A stretch of DNA of 64,000 nucleotides from an uncultured Candidatus Saccharibacteria bacterium (GCA_964350645.1 CAYGJY010000002.1:246431-310430); one strand, 5' to 3'. Counted from the first letter of the stretch, positions 9,521 to 20,147 are shown. Made by a program: numbers and translations. The notes: generated by a model from the letters alone, not told the origin.

Positions 9521-9973
9521 ATGATAGAAATTAAAAAAATAACTCTAGAGGATAATTTCGACGAAATAGTTGATGCTATTAAGAATTCTTCTTGGGCTGA
9601 GAAGTCAGAAATTGATCCAAGTGACTATTCCTTCGAACATATCGAAGAATCACTGAGACAAGACGATCATCTTTTTTGCATTGCCTACCATGATGGTCAG
9701 TTCGGTGGTATGGCCTCAGCGTTTGCTCTCACGAAGCCTGATGGAGACAAGTGGTTATATGTTAATGAAGTTGATGTACCAATAGAGAAGCAAAGGAGAG
9801 GTGTTGGTACTGAGTTGATGAAGTTTCTGAAAGCAGAGGGAAAAAGACTTGGGTGTATAGAGATGTGGCTTGGTACTGAAAAGGACAATACTGCCGCGAA
9901 TGCACTCTACAATTCTTTAGAACCAACAGAGGTAGAAGAATTTGTTGGTTACACATACAAATTCAAGTTATAG
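9521..9973 (+). CDS. GNAT acetyltransferase, aminoglycoside 6'-N-acetyltransferase (AAC(6')-I)-like.
   Basis: GNAT motif A 'QRRGVGTELM' and C-terminal 'GCIEMWLGTEKDNTAANALYNSL' resembling AAC(6')-I family 'GCREMASDTSPENT...'. Stem-loop terminator 9981-10004. Confidence 0.55.
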   Translation: MIEIKKITLEDNFDEIVDAIKNSSWAEKSEIDPSDYSFEHIEESLRQDDHLFCIAYHDGQFGGMASAFALTKPDGDKWLYVNEVDVPIEKQRRGVGTELMKFLKAEGKRLGCIEMWLGTEKDNTAANALYNSLEPTEVEEFVGYTYKFKL

Positions 9974-10027
9974 ACAAGAAAACCGCCTCAAAGGCGGTTT
10001 TCTATTCTTCTAGATATTTCCATGTCT

Positions 10028-10419
10028 GGTGGAGATGGGGGTATTGAAACCCCGTCCGAATTAATCTGCCGTTGTGCGTCTACAGTGTGTAGTCGTTTCT
10101 TTGATTTAAAGTAGTGGCCTAAAGAAAAGACAAAACAATCACTACTCGAGTTGCTGCATCTTGGGCACTTGGCACAACCGACCAAGTTTCCACAGTCTGA
10201 TGTTTATTCCACCCGTACTACCTTACCAGACATGGGGTAGACGAGCGTCGTACCGGCGAGCGAGTGGTTACGCTACAGCGGGTGCGAATCCGAACGCGTT
10301 AGCGTACGGACTTGGTACAGATTTGTTTGCATCTATACGTAGCCGCCTTTTAACGAATGGCGGCCAATTTCGACACTGCACACAATGACAACAACTAACC
10401 GTCGATGCCTAGCATCCCC
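10028..10419 (-). ncRNA. ssrA: tmRNA (ssrA), ~392 nt.
   Basis: Minus-strand 5' GGGGAUGCUAGGCAUCGAC and 3' ...GGACGGGGUUUCAAUACCCCCAUCUCCACCA (tRNA-like end, acceptor pairs with 5' end); internal tag ORF GCA AAC AAA ... GCU GUA GCG UAA = ANKSVPSPYANAFGFAPAVA*; smpB adjacent. Confidence 0.75.
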
Positions 10420-10547
10420 TGCAAAGACGCGGAGCGTCTTTGCAGTTGAGTGTTATACGTAATCAAAATACTGATGACGCTTCTACTCACTGAAGTCCAA
10501 TGCGGTATGCTATCGGAACTCCATATCCTTGCAGGGGAGTATGTACA

Positions 10548-10997
10548 TTAGTTTTGACTTTTCAAAATACGATCGATGTCTCGTTTATTGTCGCGAGCCT
10601 TAAGCGCTTCACGCTTGTCGGCTTTCTTCTTACCACGACCAATACCAATTTCGAGCTTCAACTTTCGGCCCGCATTATACAATCGAATTGGCACTATTGT
10701 CAAACCAGCTTGCTCACTTTTTTCTTCGAGCTCCTTCAGTTCTTTTTTTGATAAAAGCAGCTTACGAACCCTTTCTGGCTCATAGTCTTTCGGCATGTTG
10801 GCTGGTTGATAGGGAGCAACCGAGCTGTTTACTAAGAAAGCCTCACTGCCGCGAATAAGAACGTGGGCTCCGTCGAGCTTCGCTCGGCCGGTTTTGATGG
10901 ATTTTACCTCATAGCCAGCCAGTACTAAACCCGCCTCGAAGGTGTCGAGGATCTCATAATCAAAGCGGGCCTTTTTGTTACTGATGAGGTTACTCAT
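10548..10997 (-). CDS. smpB: SsrA-binding protein SmpB.
   Basis: 'KKARFDYEIL...EAGLVLAGYEVKSIK' canonical SmpB N-terminus, 149 aa. Confidence 0.9.
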   Translation of the reverse strand: MSNLISNKKARFDYEILDTFEAGLVLAGYEVKSIKTGRAKLDGAHVLIRGSEAFLVNSSVAPYQPANMPKDYEPERVRKLLLSKKELKELEEKSEQAGLTIVPIRLYNAGRKLKLEIGIGRGKKKADKREALKARDNKRDIDRILKSQN

Positions 10998-11091
10998 GTG
11001 TCCATACTATAGTCGCTTCGAATCGTCTAAGCAAATAGGTTAGTGGTATTTCACTCGCAAAATAAAGGTATTTCTGTATAATGGCGCGACT

Positions 11092-13158
11092 ATGGATGAT
11101 AATAAAAAAACACCAGTACCAGAGAACAGTGCCGATATGCCGGAGACAGCAAAAGATTCGGCAGCGATGAAAGAATCAACTGAGAAGAAAAAACCTGATC
11201 AAAAATCGAAAGGACCAAAAATGCCAAATTTAAAAGGAAAGATGCCGGTTGGGCCGGGAAATTTTTGGAATAATATTCTCTCGACCGTGCTTTTCTTGGT
11301 GATGCTTACCGCTGTCTATACGTATGTGACTGAAAATAAAACCGTACCGGAAGAGCTCTCCGTTTCACAAATCGCTGAACAAGTAAAAGCGGGTGAGGTG
11401 AGTGAGATTATTGTCCGGGGTTCGCAACTTGAGGTGAATTACACTGATGAGACACGCAATAGTGGTGAAGCTAAAAAAGAGACCGATTCGTCAATTACTG
11501 AGACGCTGATAAATCTTGGAGTGACGACTGAACAGATTTCAACAATTACACTTGATGTTCAGAATCCGACTGGTTTCTCATATTGGTTGAGTAATCTTGC
11601 CCCGTTTATTTTTCCGTTGCTATTTTTAGGAATTATCATTTGGTTCTTCACCCGTTCAGTAAAAGGAGCTGGCATGCAGGCGTTAAACTTCGGCACTAGC
11701 AAAGCTCGGATGATTGACCCGGATGACACAGCCAACAAAGTTACCTTTAAAGATGTTGCTGGCGCCAAAGAAGCGAAGCAAGAGCTCGAAGAGATTGTGG
11801 ATTTCTTAAAGAATCCAAAGAAGTTTCTCGACATTGGAGCGGAGATCCCGAAGGGTGTGATGATGATGGGTTCGCCAGGAACCGGAAAGACACTACTCGC
11901 TCGGGCAGTCGCCGGAGAAGCCGGTGTGCCATTTTTCTCAATCTCTGGTTCAGAGTTTGTTGAGATGTTTGTGGGGGTTGGTGCGAGCCGGGTACGTGAT
12001 CTATTTCAGATGGCGAAGAAAGCTGCACCAGCGATCATCTTTGTTGATGAAATTGATGCGGTGGGACGAATCCGTGGTACTGGAATTGGTGGTGGTAATG
12101 ACGAACGAGAACAAACCCTTAACCAGATCTTGGTGGAAATGGACGGCTTTGAACCAAATGCAAAGGTAATTGTGATGGCAGCGACCAACCGACCAGACGT
12201 ACTTGATCCAGCGTTGCTTCGACCAGGTCGCTTCGACCGACGAGTCACTATTGATCTACCGGACCGTGATGATCGGGAAAAAATTCTTGAAGTACATGCC
12301 CGCAAGAAGCCACTACAGGAAGATGTGAACTTAGGAATTGTGGCTCAGCGTACACCAGGTTTTTCTGGGGCTGATTTGCAGTCACTCATGAACGAAGGAG
12401 CGATTTTAGCAGCCCGCGAAGGCCGCAAGAAGGTAGGGCAGTTTGATTTGATTCGCTCAATCGAGAAAGTGATGCTTGGTCCAGAGCGAAAGAGTCATGT
12501 GTTGTCGCGCAAAGAACGGGAAGTGACTGCCTATCATGAAGTCGGACACGCCCTGGTTGCTTCGGTATTGCCCTACGCTGACCCGGTCCAGAAAATCTCA
12601 ATCATTTCTCGGGGACGCGCTGCTGGGTATACCCTAAAGTTGCCAGACGAAGATCGTCGAATGCACACCAAGAAAGAATTTATTGATGATATTGCGATGA
12701 CACTTGGTGGGTATGTTACAGAAGAAATGGTGTTTGGTGATCTTACAACCGGCCCAAGCAACGACCTCCAAGTCGTTGCTAACCTCGCTCGGGATATGGT
12801 TACGAAGTATGGTATGAGTGAACTTGGTCCAATTGCACTTGAAGGTACGGGCGGTCGTATGATCGGTGGTGGCGTCAGTGAAGATCGTGGCTATAGTCCA
12901 CAGATTGCTAAAGCGATTGATGATGAGGTTGCAAAGTTGATTGAGGCTGGTAAGCAAACTGCTCGTGAGATTCTTGAAAAACACCGCACAGCTTTGGATT
13001 CAATTTCTAAGAAACTGGTTGAAGTGGAGACACTTGAACGAGAAGAATATGAAGCTTTACTGAAAGCTGAAGGCGTCGTGATTAAAGATTTTTACCGCGA
13101 TGAGCGAGAGAAAGAAGCAGCATTAGTAGGTGATTTGTCTAAATCAGTCGAAGTATAA
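11092..13158 (+). CDS. ftsH: ATP-dependent zinc metalloprotease FtsH.
   Basis: AAA Walker A 'GSPGTGKT', SRH region, zinc-binding 'HEVGHAL'; TM anchor near N-terminus. Terminator 13169-13196. Confidence 0.95.
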   Translation: MDDNKKTPVPENSADMPETAKDSAAMKESTEKKKPDQKSKGPKMPNLKGKMPVGPGNFWNNILSTVLFLVMLTAVYTYVTENKTVPEELSVSQIAEQVKAGEVSEIIVRGSQLEVNYTDETRNSGEAKKETDSSITETLINLGVTTEQISTITLDVQNPTGFSYWLSNLAPFIFPLLFLGIIIWFFTRSVKGAGMQALNFGTSKARMIDPDDTANKVTFKDVAGAKEAKQELEEIVDFLKNPKKFLDIGAEIPKGVMMMGSPGTGKTLLARAVAGEAGVPFFSISGSEFVEMFVGVGASRVRDLFQMAKKAAPAIIFVDEIDAVGRIRGTGIGGGNDEREQTLNQILVEMDGFEPNAKVIVMAATNRPDVLDPALLRPGRFDRRVTIDLPDRDDREKILEVHARKKPLQEDVNLGIVAQRTPGFSGADLQSLMNEGAILAAREGRKKVGQFDLIRSIEKVMLGPERKSHVLSRKEREVTAYHEVGHALVASVLPYADPVQKISIISRGRAAGYTLKLPDEDRRMHTKKEFIDDIAMTLGGYVTEEMVFGDLTTGPSNDLQVVANLARDMVTKYGMSELGPIALEGTGGRMIGGGVSEDRGYSPQIAKAIDDEVAKLIEAGKQTAREILEKHRTALDSISKKLVEVETLEREEYEALLKAEGVVIKDFYRDEREKEAALVGDLSKSVEV

Positions 13159-13210
13159 ATGCACACAAAAAGCCGGCGCGTAGCGCCGGCTTTTTGTGTA
13201 TTCACAAGGA

Positions 13211-13912
13211 CTAGGTGGACTGTACTTTGATATTGGTAATGAGGCCGTCTTCCATTTCAATAATTCGATCACACCCAACGGCGTATTCAGGTTCGTGGGT
13301 TACCATGACAACCGTCTGGCCAGACTCTTTATGTAGTTTTGTGATTAGGTCGATCACTTGCTGACCGGAGACACTGTCGAGGTTGGCGGTCGGTTCATCA
13401 GCAAAGAGAATCTTTGGTTTACCCGCAATCGCTCGCGCCACTGATACTCGTTGTTGCTCGCCACCAGAAAGCTCTCCTGGTAGATTTTTATATTTACCAA
13501 CTAAGCCAACTGAGTCGAGTGACGTGTCAGCAATTTTTTCAGCTTTTTCCCAGTCAATACCACGCATCAGAAGGGGCACCATGATATTCTCGCGAGCATT
13601 GAGGTCAGGCACAAGAGCATAATCTTGGAAGACATACCCAAGGGTATTAAGTCGAAAGGTGGTTCGTTCAGTTTCCGAGAGGTCACTCACGGTCACACCG
13701 TCGATAACCAAGGTGCCTTCGGTTGGAACATCGAGGACAGAGAGTTGATACATGAGGGTTGATTTACCAGCACCAGATTTACCCATGATAGCGATAAATT
13801 CACCTGCAGCGACCTCAAGATCGATACCTTTAAGAATGTGCGACTCAAGATTACCTGTGCCAAATGTTCGGTGAATGTTGTGTGCTGAAATCATCATACT
13901 ATTTGCGACCAA
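13211..13912 (-). CDS. ABC transporter ATP-binding protein (MacB/LolD-like).
   Basis: Walker A 'GKSGAGKST', signature 'LSGGEQQR', Walker B 'ILFADEPT'. Confidence 0.9.
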   Translation of the reverse strand: MVANSMMISAHNIHRTFGTGNLESHILKGIDLEVAAGEFIAIMGKSGAGKSTLMYQLSVLDVPTEGTLVIDGVTVSDLSETERTTFRLNTLGYVFQDYALVPDLNARENIMVPLLMRGIDWEKAEKIADTSLDSVGLVGKYKNLPGELSGGEQQRVSVARAIAGKPKILFADEPTANLDSVSGQQVIDLITKLHKESGQTVVMVTHEPEYAVGCDRIIEMEDGLITNIKVQST

Positions 13913-15146
13913 GGATTGAGTTAAGGGTATTTTGCCGGGCGATCATCCATGCTGGCATAAAGCCAGCAATCAGCGTGATAATAAAAAGGACGATAAATCG
14001 ATAGAAAGTACCCTCAGGATCAGCCACTAGAATGCCGTCACTAAAAGGGAACTGAATTGGGTTGTTATCGAAGTAGGGGATTAAAACCATATACGTAATA
14101 ATTGTACCTATGAGTGAACCACTCAGAGCGTAAAATGCTGCTTGGATTACATAGGCGTACTCGATTGCTCGGCGCTCGATTCCGATACCCTTGAGAATAC
14201 CAATATGTCGTCGTCGGGAAAGGGCATTGATAAAGATAATAATAAAAATAGTAATTGACGCCACCACAATACCAATTGAGCCAATAAATGTTCCTAAGAT
14301 ATTGAAGGTATTTTTAATATCCGTAATAAATTTTGGTTTACCCTCGTCGTAGGTCTGAATTTTAGCTAATTCGCCAAGGCCCCCAGCGACCATAGCTTCC
14401 TTGACGGCAGTTTCGTTAGCGTTTGGCGTGGTGCGAATGACAATTTGATCGGCGTTTCGGTCGATGCGATTAAACAAACGACGAAACTCTCGCTCAGGGA
14501 TATAGGTGTTGAGGGATACTTCGTCAACTTTAGATTGCACAATGCCTTTAATAATAAATTCTTTACTAACGGTACCTGAAGTGAGTCGAACGGTGTCGCC
14601 AACAGCGACACCGCTAATAGTCTCAAAGATGTCACCAAAGTTTTGGGCATATTCTTCAGTGTAGAGTGCACCGAGTAAGATGTACCCCTCTTCTGTTGGG
14701 TCGAGGTACTCACCGGCAATAACACTCTGAGACAGCCCACTCATGGCGTCTTCTTTCTCTGCATCAATACCAGTTACAGATACATTAGCAATGTCTCGAT
14801 CAGCCGACAGATCGCGCCGTTCCTTGTAATTGGCTTCGAGGATGCCTCCATCTGAGAAGCGTACTGAATAGGTGGCGATTTCAGGGAAAGCAGCTAGTTC
14901 ACGGACGAAGGTTTCAGTTTCGAGGATGGTATCTTCACCATCGAGTTCACTGACAATAATATCGCCAAGTGATTCGGCGCGCACTGCTCGCTCAGCTCCT
15001 TCAATTAAGCCAACCAAAATACCTGAGACGGCAATCAGATTAAGAAAGGTAAGCATCATCACAAAGATGATGAGAATGGTTGTCCAAATACTAGCGCGCT
15101 GAATTTGGCGCAGTCCCAAAAGAATACCAATGCGGAGCGAACGCAT
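13899..15146 (-). CDS. ABC transporter permease, FtsX/MacB-like with large periplasmic domain.
   Basis: N-terminal TM, long extracytoplasmic domain, C-terminal 3-TM FtsX-like bundle; overlaps ATPase gene by 14 nt. Confidence 0.8.
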   Translation of the reverse strand: MRSLRIGILLGLRQIQRASIWTTILIIFVMMLTFLNLIAVSGILVGLIEGAERAVRAESLGDIIVSELDGEDTILETETFVRELAAFPEIATYSVRFSDGGILEANYKERRDLSADRDIANVSVTGIDAEKEDAMSGLSQSVIAGEYLDPTEEGYILLGALYTEEYAQNFGDIFETISGVAVGDTVRLTSGTVSKEFIIKGIVQSKVDEVSLNTYIPEREFRRLFNRIDRNADQIVIRTTPNANETAVKEAMVAGGLGELAKIQTYDEGKPKFITDIKNTFNILGTFIGSIGIVVASITIFIIIFINALSRRRHIGILKGIGIERRAIEYAYVIQAAFYALSGSLIGTIITYMVLIPYFDNNPIQFPFSDGILVADPEGTFYRFIVLFIITLIAGFMPAWMIARQNTLNSILGRK

Positions 15147-15147
15147 G

Positions 15148-16737
15148 TTACGGAGCGACTATTGTGTCGCCTTCAGTTACACCAGTAATTTCGACAAAAC
15201 CATCATTGCCTGTGAAGATAACTTCGATTGGGACAGGTATTACAGAGTCGCTGTTAGCCTGTGGTATTAAGACACTGGCTCCGGCTTCTGTTTTAATCAA
15301 GAAGCGTTTTGGAATCCGCAACACGTCTTCAGAGCGCTCAGCGATAATGTTGATGTCTGCGTTCAGTCCTGAGCGCATCCAGGTTGGCGTGTCATCGAGC
15401 ACGATAGTAGCTTTGAAATAGGCGACACCGTCAATCTCGGTTGCGAGTGGTGAAATAAAACTTACTCGTCCTGATAGGACAGTATTGCTGGCAGCGTCAA
15501 AGATAACTTCAACTGGTTGGTCAGGAATAATCTTGGTTATATCTATTTCGGGAATACGAGCAGTGAGTTCAAAGCTGTTATTGGCAAGGAGGGTAATCAC
15601 TGGGTTAGCACCAGCTGTCTCTCCAGGTAAAATATCAACATCAGTGATTACGCCACTAAAAGGCGCAACGATAGAACGATCAGCTATTCGGGCATCGATG
15701 GCTTGGATCCGAGCACGCGCTTGGGTAACAGCGGCGTTTTTTCGGGCGAGTTCTTCACTGCGTGGGTCAGCGTTGCTTAAGCTAGCTTCTTCTTTAGCCA
15801 GGGCAAGAGAATTTTCGGCTGCTCTGATCGCCTCTTGCTGTTCAATAACTGCTAATGTGTAAGCGTTGAGGTTTGTTTGGTAGACAGCGCTTTGTTTGTT
15901 GGGGATATCAATCAGCCATACCGAGTCTCGGTAGAGTGTGTCTGGGTCAAACTGTAAAAATAAACCGCACGTCCCCATGGCGCCTGGGCTTTGGAAAAAA
16001 GCTCTGTAGTTGCCACTTTCTAAACCAGTGACACGATAAGAAAAATCGGTGAACGTGTCAGCATTATACGTAGTTATTTGATACGTGCCCTCAGTATCAC
16101 AGGTATAGGTACCTGACACGGTCGGGGCGGTGGCGGTTTCGTCTGATTCTTTAGCTCTGGAAATGAGACTTGAAGAAAGCAGAGTACGCTTGGCGTTCTC
16201 GACACGCTCGTTTGTTTCGTTGGTAATTTTGCTTAGATTTTGTTCAGCGTTACGGATGGTTTGGGTAGTAACCGCGCGGGCTTCTGCCCGTGGCCCGGCA
16301 ATCAATTCCGCTTGGTCTGCCTCGGCAGTTTGGAGAGCAGCTAAGGCATCGAGACGTTCAGCAACAAGCTCTGCTGACGCGAGGGTTGCTAACACAGCAC
16401 CACTTTCAACACTGGCACCTTCTTCAGCAAAGACTGTAGTGACGATACCTGAGACGGGGAAGGCTAGTTTGGCTGTTTGTTTCGCCTCCACCACTCCTGA
16501 GACTGAGACAATTTCGAGGACGTCGCCGCGTTCAACAAATGTAGTAACCCGTTCAACTTTTTGCCCGCTCAGAGTGGTGAAGAGTAAGGTAAGGGCAAAC
16601 CCAACCAAGATGACAGCACCAAAGATATAAAAGGAATTTGAATGAAGGATCAATCGCATCTCACCTAGTATAGCAATATCACACAGTCTCTTAGCGCTTA
16701 CCTGGTAATAAGGTATACTCGAAAGTATATGATCCAT
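15148..16737 (-). CDS. HlyD/MacA-family periplasmic adaptor (efflux/secretion). Start uncertain; M27 at 16659 is an alternative.
   Basis: Signal-anchor then coiled-coil rich region and beta-barrel/lipoyl-like C-terminus typical of membrane-fusion proteins; operon with ABC ATPase and permease. Confidence 0.75.
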   Translation of the reverse strand: MDHILSSIPYYQVSAKRLCDIAILGEMRLILHSNSFYIFGAVILVGFALTLLFTTLSGQKVERVTTFVERGDVLEIVSVSGVVEAKQTAKLAFPVSGIVTTVFAEEGASVESGAVLATLASAELVAERLDALAALQTAEADQAELIAGPRAEARAVTTQTIRNAEQNLSKITNETNERVENAKRTLLSSSLISRAKESDETATAPTVSGTYTCDTEGTYQITTYNADTFTDFSYRVTGLESGNYRAFFQSPGAMGTCGLFLQFDPDTLYRDSVWLIDIPNKQSAVYQTNLNAYTLAVIEQQEAIRAAENSLALAKEEASLSNADPRSEELARKNAAVTQARARIQAIDARIADRSIVAPFSGVITDVDILPGETAGANPVITLLANNSFELTARIPEIDITKIIPDQPVEVIFDAASNTVLSGRVSFISPLATEIDGVAYFKATIVLDDTPTWMRSGLNADINIIAERSEDVLRIPKRFLIKTEAGASVLIPQANSDSVIPVPIEVIFTGNDGFVEITGVTEGDTIVAP

Positions 16738-17793
16738 GAACCATTCTATGATCCAACCAAATCGTATTATGAGAATTATGAGGCTGGGCCGTTCGGGGCT
16801 TTTAGAGATGGCAAGTTCATTGAGCGGTCGTCACCACCGCGTGAATTTTTTCTTGGTCAACCGGTCTACACCAAGTTTGGTATTCCGGCTGGGCCGCTTC
16901 TCAATAGTAACTATGTCATAGCGGCTTTAGATAAAGGCTTTGATTTACCGATTTATAAGACAGTTCGTTCTGGCGTTCATGGCTGTCATGAGTATCCCAA
17001 TGTTCTGCCAGTTGATGTGACTGATGACCTCACACTTGAAAAAGCTGATGCTGGTTTGGTGACTAAGGAAGGGTACACTGAGCCTCTTTCGATCACGAAC
17101 TCGTTTGGTGTGCCGTCGTTTGATCCAGATGCTTGGCAGCCAGATGTCGAGAAGGCAGTAGAATATGCTAAAGACGGGCAGATAGTCGGACTTAGTTTCC
17201 AAGGAACAAAACAGGACGGTATGAGCGCTGAAGCATTTATCGCTGATTGGGTAACGACTGCTAAGTTGGCCGCTGCAACTGGCGCCCCGTACTTGGAGGC
17301 AAACTTCAGTTGTCCAAACGAAGGTACGACGGCACTCTTATGTTTTGATGTTGAGCGAGTGGGAAAGATTTCACGCGCAATTAAAGAAGCGATTGGAGAT
17401 GTACCGCTGCTGTTAAAGATTTCATATTTTCGCGAGCAAGAGCAACTTGAATCGCTAGTGAATGAAGTAGGCAAGGTAGTGCAGGGATTTTCGACAATTA
17501 ATACTATTTCGGCTGAAGTGCGCACCCCGGGAGGTGAACAGGCATTACCTGGAGAAGGGCGTTTACGTAGTGGTGTATGTGGCACCACAATCAAGTGGGC
17601 TGGCCTTGAAATGGTTGAACGGTTTGTTGCCTTGCGTGCGCTGCAGGGACTTGATTTTGTAGTTGTCGGTGTTGGTGGGGTGACTCAAGCAGAAGAGTAT
17701 ACAGAATATATTGAGGTAGGTGCTGACGCAGTGATGTCAGCAACCGGTGCAATGTGGAATCCCTTCCTTGGTGAAGAAGTCTATAAAGCCTAG
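16729..17793 (+). CDS. pyrD: Dihydroorotate dehydrogenase-like (PyrD family, class 1).
   Basis: 'FGIPAGPLLNS', 'NSFGVPSF', 'EANFSCPNEG', 'LLLKISYF' TIM-barrel DHOD motifs; upstream of pyrB-pyrC. N-terminal ~50 aa extension, so start may be overcalled. Confidence 0.7.
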   Translation: MIHEPFYDPTKSYYENYEAGPFGAFRDGKFIERSSPPREFFLGQPVYTKFGIPAGPLLNSNYVIAALDKGFDLPIYKTVRSGVHGCHEYPNVLPVDVTDDLTLEKADAGLVTKEGYTEPLSITNSFGVPSFDPDAWQPDVEKAVEYAKDGQIVGLSFQGTKQDGMSAEAFIADWVTTAKLAAATGAPYLEANFSCPNEGTTALLCFDVERVGKISRAIKEAIGDVPLLLKISYFREQEQLESLVNEVGKVVQGFSTINTISAEVRTPGGEQALPGEGRLRSGVCGTTIKWAGLEMVERFVALRALQGLDFVVVGVGGVTQAEEYTEYIEVGADAVMSATGAMWNPFLGEEVYKA

Positions 17794-17841
17794 TGCCTTG
17801 ACGCTCCCTTGGGGTAGTGTAGGATGGCATGAATTTGAGTC

Positions 17842-18849
17842 ATGGGTGAAATTATCACGAGCGAACAACACGAACAAAATCTCATCGCCATTCGCGATGG
17901 TCGGGATGTTTCATTTTTTGACCTCTATTCTATTGATCAAATGAGTGCCAGTGATTTGGCACTCATTTTTGCTATTGCGCGCGGTTTTCGCGAAGCGAAA
18001 ACCGCCAAGCTGTCCCTCTGCAAAGGCAACACGCAGATCAACTGTTTTTTTGAAGCGTCGACCCGAACCCAATCTAGTTTCGACCTTTCGGCCAAACATC
18101 TCTCAATGGATACCACCAATGTCGGTGGTGGTAGTGCAACGAAGAAAGGTGAAAGTTTCATCGATACGGTCGAAACCCTCGACGCGTACAACGTGAAAAC
18201 GATTGTGATTCGCTCAGCTGAAGCTGGGGTGTCTGAAGTGGCAGCCCGGCACGTTCGTGCGAGTGTTCTCAATGCTGGTGACGGGTGGCACGAGCATCCA
18301 ACTCAAGGTCTGCTCGATGCGCTCACGATGCTTGATTACTTTGAGTCTGAGAACTTGAACGGGCGGGTGGTGACAATCGTCGGTGACATCACACACTCAC
18401 GGGTGTTTGGTTCACTCGTCCGAGTACTAAAGAAGCTTGGTGCAACTGTGCGCGTAGCCGCACCAGCGACATTTTTGCCAACTGGCATTGAACAGTTTGG
18501 TCTGACTACCTATTACAATATTGAAGAAGCCTTGAAAGATGCCGACGTAGTCTACGCGCTACGCGTACAGGAAGAGCGCGGCGCTAAAGGCTTTATTCCA
18601 ACTTTGCGTGAATACTCCAAGACCTTTGGTATTAGTGAGAAGCGGCTCAATCTGGCGAAGCCAGACGCGATTTTGATGCACCCAGGACCAGTGATTCGCG
18701 ATATCGACGTGCACTCAGCTTTGGTGTCGCGTCATCCAAAATCGCGCATTTTGACGCAAGTCGAAAATGGCATGGCGATCCGCAAGGCACTGCTATGGAC
18801 GATGTGCCACCGCTTCGATGACAAGACGAAAGCGTCACAATTAATATAA
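17842..18849 (+). CDS. pyrB: Aspartate carbamoyltransferase catalytic subunit.
   Basis: 'STRTQSSFDLSAKHLS' (STRTR motif) and 'HPTQGLLD' (HPxQ) signatures. Confidence 0.9.
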   Translation: MGEIITSEQHEQNLIAIRDGRDVSFFDLYSIDQMSASDLALIFAIARGFREAKTAKLSLCKGNTQINCFFEASTRTQSSFDLSAKHLSMDTTNVGGGSATKKGESFIDTVETLDAYNVKTIVIRSAEAGVSEVAARHVRASVLNAGDGWHEHPTQGLLDALTMLDYFESENLNGRVVTIVGDITHSRVFGSLVRVLKKLGATVRVAAPATFLPTGIEQFGLTTYYNIEEALKDADVVYALRVQEERGAKGFIPTLREYSKTFGISEKRLNLAKPDAILMHPGPVIRDIDVHSALVSRHPKSRILTQVENGMAIRKALLWTMCHRFDDKTKASQLI

Positions 18850-18854
18850 ATACT

Positions 18855-20147
18855 ATGGCAAGCATTCTCATCAAAAACGGACAGGTAGTCGACCCGAAAA
18901 ACGGGGTTGATGCTGTGTGTGATGTGTTGGTAGTCGATGGCAAAATTGCCAAAATAGCCAAGGATATTTCCGACACAGCCGATGAGACGATTGATGCGAC
19001 TGGCCTACATGTCACACCGGGCTTGCTTGACCTCCAGGTGCACTTCCGCGAACCAGGACGAGAAGATCGCGAGACGATTCTGACTGGTTCGCGAGCTGCT
19101 TTGAAAGGGGGGGTGACCTCTGCGGTAGCGATGCCAAACACCACCCCAGAAGCTGATAACCAAGCCGTAATTGAGTTTGTGTTAAAGCGAGCCAAAGAGG
19201 TTGGTCTCATCAATATTTTCCCGACTGGTGCGATTACAAAGGGACAAGATGGTGATCGTCTTGCTGAGATGAAAGAGTTGCAGAACTCAGGAGCAGTAGC
19301 GGTGACCGATGATGGCTTTGATGTGCAAAGCCCAGCTATCTTGCGAAAAGCTATGGAATACGCCAAGACCCATGACATGCTCATCATGAGTCATTGTGAG
19401 ACCGATTCACTGACCGATGGTGGGGTGATGCACGAAGGCTGGGTATCCACCCAGCTTGGTCTTCCGGGGACACCAGCAGTGAGCGAAGACTTGGCAGTAG
19501 AGAAAAACATCATGCTCGCAAAGCTGACTGGCGCACGTTTGCACCTGTTGCATAACTCTACTACGGGCGCAACTGCAGCAATTGCCCGAGCGAAGGCTGA
19601 AGGACTGAGTAATGTGACCGCAGAAGTGTCAGTCCAGCACTTTGCCCTCACCGATGAAGAGTGTCTTTCGTACAACACCGACGCCAAGATGTATCCACCC
19701 TTGCGGGACAGCAGCCATGTCGAAGCTGTGGTAGCGGCGATTAAAGCCGGAGTGATTGATGCGCTGACGACCGATCATGCGCCGCACATCGAGCCAGACA
19801 AGTTGCTACCATTTGCCGACGCTGCCATGGGCAGCGTCGGCCTCGAAACCTTCTTTGCTGTCGGCTACACCTACTTGGTACAACCAGGGCACATTACATT
19901 TTCAGAACTGATTGCCTTAATGACTTACAAACCAGCAGAAATCATTCGCGTCGACAAAGGCTCACTTGAAGTCGGGGCTGACGCTGATATTGCCATTTTT
20001 GATACTGAAAAAGAGTGGGTGGTTGATCCAAAAGACTTTGAATCTAAAGGAAAGAACTGTGTATTTACCGGCAAGACCCTAAAGGGGAAAGCGGTCCATG
20101 CGATTGTTGGCGGGGTAGTGAAGATGAAGGCAGGGGTGATTGGCTAG
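18855..20147 (+). CDS. pyrC: Dihydroorotase (multifunctional/allantoinase-type).
   Basis: 'HVTPGLLDLQVHFREPG' metal-binding HxH region, 430 aa amidohydrolase. Confidence 0.9.
   Translation: MASILIKNGQVVDPKNGVDAVCDVLVVDGKIAKIAKDISDTADETIDATGLHVTPGLLDLQVHFREPGREDRETILTGSRAALKGGVTSAVAMPNTTPEADNQAVIEFVLKRAKEVGLINIFPTGAITKGQDGDRLAEMKELQNSGAVAVTDDGFDVQSPAILRKAMEYAKTHDMLIMSHCETDSLTDGGVMHEGWVSTQLGLPGTPAVSEDLAVEKNIMLAKLTGARLHLLHNSTTGATAAIARAKAEGLSNVTAEVSVQHFALTDEECLSYNTDAKMYPPLRDSSHVEAVVAAIKAGVIDALTTDHAPHIEPDKLLPFADAAMGSVGLETFFAVGYTYLVQPGHITFSELIALMTYKPAEIIRVDKGSLEVGADADIAIFDTEKEWVVDPKDFESKGKNCVFTGKTLKGKAVHAIVGGVVKMKAGVIG

Noticed and set aside
10161-10751. Plus-strand ORFs 10161-10388 and 10500-10751.
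   Set aside because: Overlap the tmRNA gene and antisense to smpB; no coding signal.
16130-16630. 166-aa plus-strand ORF.
   Set aside because: Antisense within the HlyD/MacA-like gene, which has clear family features.
16729-16737. Apparent 9-nt overlap of divergent start codons (pyrD-like plus, HlyD-like minus).
   Set aside because: More likely one or both starts are internal (for example M27 at 16659 for the adaptor gene); not treated as a biological feature.
18647-19387. 246-aa minus-strand ORF.
   Set aside because: Antisense across pyrB/pyrC, both of which carry diagnostic motifs.
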